This document shows, in pieces, positions 62,791-64,000 of a stretch of 64,000 bases of DNA. The position numbers and the translations under genes were made by a program. Position 1 is the first letter of the stretch. The number at the start of each line of letters is the position of its first letter. The stretch is from Octopus sinensis. Taxonomy: Eukaryota. The notes under the pieces are model-generated. The model made no database searches and was not told the DNA's origin. It worked only from the letters and a program-made list of their open reading frames with translations. The DNA is taken from assembly GCF_006345805.1 (NCBI RefSeq), contig NC_042999.1, positions 142,724,001 through 142,788,000 on the forward strand. Reading direction: 5' to 3'.

Positions 62791-64000
62791 CAACACAAAA
62801 TCGCAGACATAACCTTCACTGCCACCGACATCGTAGCAGCAATAAATGAGGTCAAACATTACTCCGCTGTAGGCCCTGATAGATTTCCCGCTAGTCTCCT
62901 GAAGGAATGTAGATATCAACTTGCAGTCCCTCTGACCAACCTCTGGAGAAACTCGTTAGACGCAGGTTATATACCGAAAAAGTTTCTATCCCAGTCGGTC
63001 ATCCCGGTTTTCAAACAGAGAAACAGATCCCTCGCAGTCAACTATCGCCCAATCTCACTCACCTCCCACATCATTAAAGTGTTTGAAAGAGTGTTAAGAT
63101 CAAGGATAGCTGACTTCCTGGAGACCCGCAAACTCCTAAATTCAAATCAACATGGCTTTCGCTGTGGCAGGGACTGTCTAACACAGCTCTTACACCACAT
63201 TGAAGATGTACTCAAAGCCTTGGGAACAGGTTCGAACTCTGACGTCATATACCTTGACTTCAGTAAAGCGTTCGACAGGGTAGACCATAACATCCTACTC
63301 TCAAAATTGGCAAATGTTGGAATCCGTGGAAAAGTTCTACACTGGATTCAGTATTTCCTAGCGAATAGAACACAACATGTTGTAGTTGATGGAGTCCACT
63401 CAAACCCAGCAAAAGTCACCAGCGGTGTTCCCCAGGGAACTGTTTTGGGTCCGCTACTCTTCATAATTTATGTAAACGACCTTTCCAGTGTCGTACATCA
63501 CTGCAAAGTGAAAATATTCGCTGATGACACTAAGCTCCAGCAAATCGTCAATGAAGAAGCAGACCGAACTCAACTCCAGTCTGACCTATATGCTGTGAGT
63601 CAATGGGCAGACAGAAACAAAATGCAACTGAATGAGGGAAAATTTGAGCTGATGCATTTTGGAAGAAATTCCTCACTAAAACAACTATACTCTCTTCCTT
63701 CAGGGGAACCGCTCACAGCCTCTAACAATATCAGAGACCTGGGTGTAATTGTTGATGACGATCTCAGTTGGAGTGCACACATCAACAAGAAGGTCGATAC
63801 AGCTCGTAGGATGAGTTCCTGGATCTTAAGAACTTTCCGGTCCAGAGAACAAGGTGTCATCATACCACTTTTTTCATCCTTTGTACGGCCACACCTTGAA
63901 TACTGCTGCCCACTGTGGTCTCCTCACACAAGACAAAACATCTCCAGAATTGAGTCACCCCAGAGGGCTCTCACTAAACAAATTGAAGGCATGGCTGCTC
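62791..64000 (+). mobile_element. 5'-truncated CR1/L2-group LINE with an uninterrupted reverse-transcriptase frame running off the window
   Basis: Hand translation shows no stop over about 400 codons: SAVGPDRF...NYRPISLTSHIIKVFER...NQHGFR...YLDFSKAFDRVDH...SGVPQGTVLGPLLFIIYVND...IFADDTKL...RDLGV...RPHLEYCCPLWSP. It begins abruptly after the (TA)n of a SINE B copy. Confidence 0.95.

Overview
This is AT-rich eukaryotic genomic DNA made almost entirely of repeats and microsatellites. The SINE families suggest an octopod cephalopod such as Octopus, which is an inference from pattern recognition, not a database result. I can support no host protein-coding gene; there is only one weak first-exon candidate (5729-5840). 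The window holds several tRNA-derived SINE families, CR1/L2-group, RTE and R4/Dong-like LINE fragments, and Penelope-like element (PLE) RT and GIY-YIG remnants. It also holds at least five non-autonomous Helitron families, hAT and Tc1/mariner remnants, and an LTR with a perfect tRNA-Trp primer-binding site. A ~400-codon uninterrupted LINE RT frame runs off the right edge and is missing from the ORF track. Three kinds of structure stand out: (i) a set of mostly degenerate type I hammerhead-ribozyme motifs tied to PLE pseudo-LTRs, two of them inside 600-730 bp fold-back elements; (ii) a tandem-plus-inverted rearrangement at 18.3-20.9 kb with microhomology junctions; (iii) head-to-tail SINE multimers with a recurrent junction. 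I found no convincing wholly new system. Nearly all ORFs in the track are microsatellite or repeat read-through. Boundaries of degenerate elements are approximate and were read by eye.
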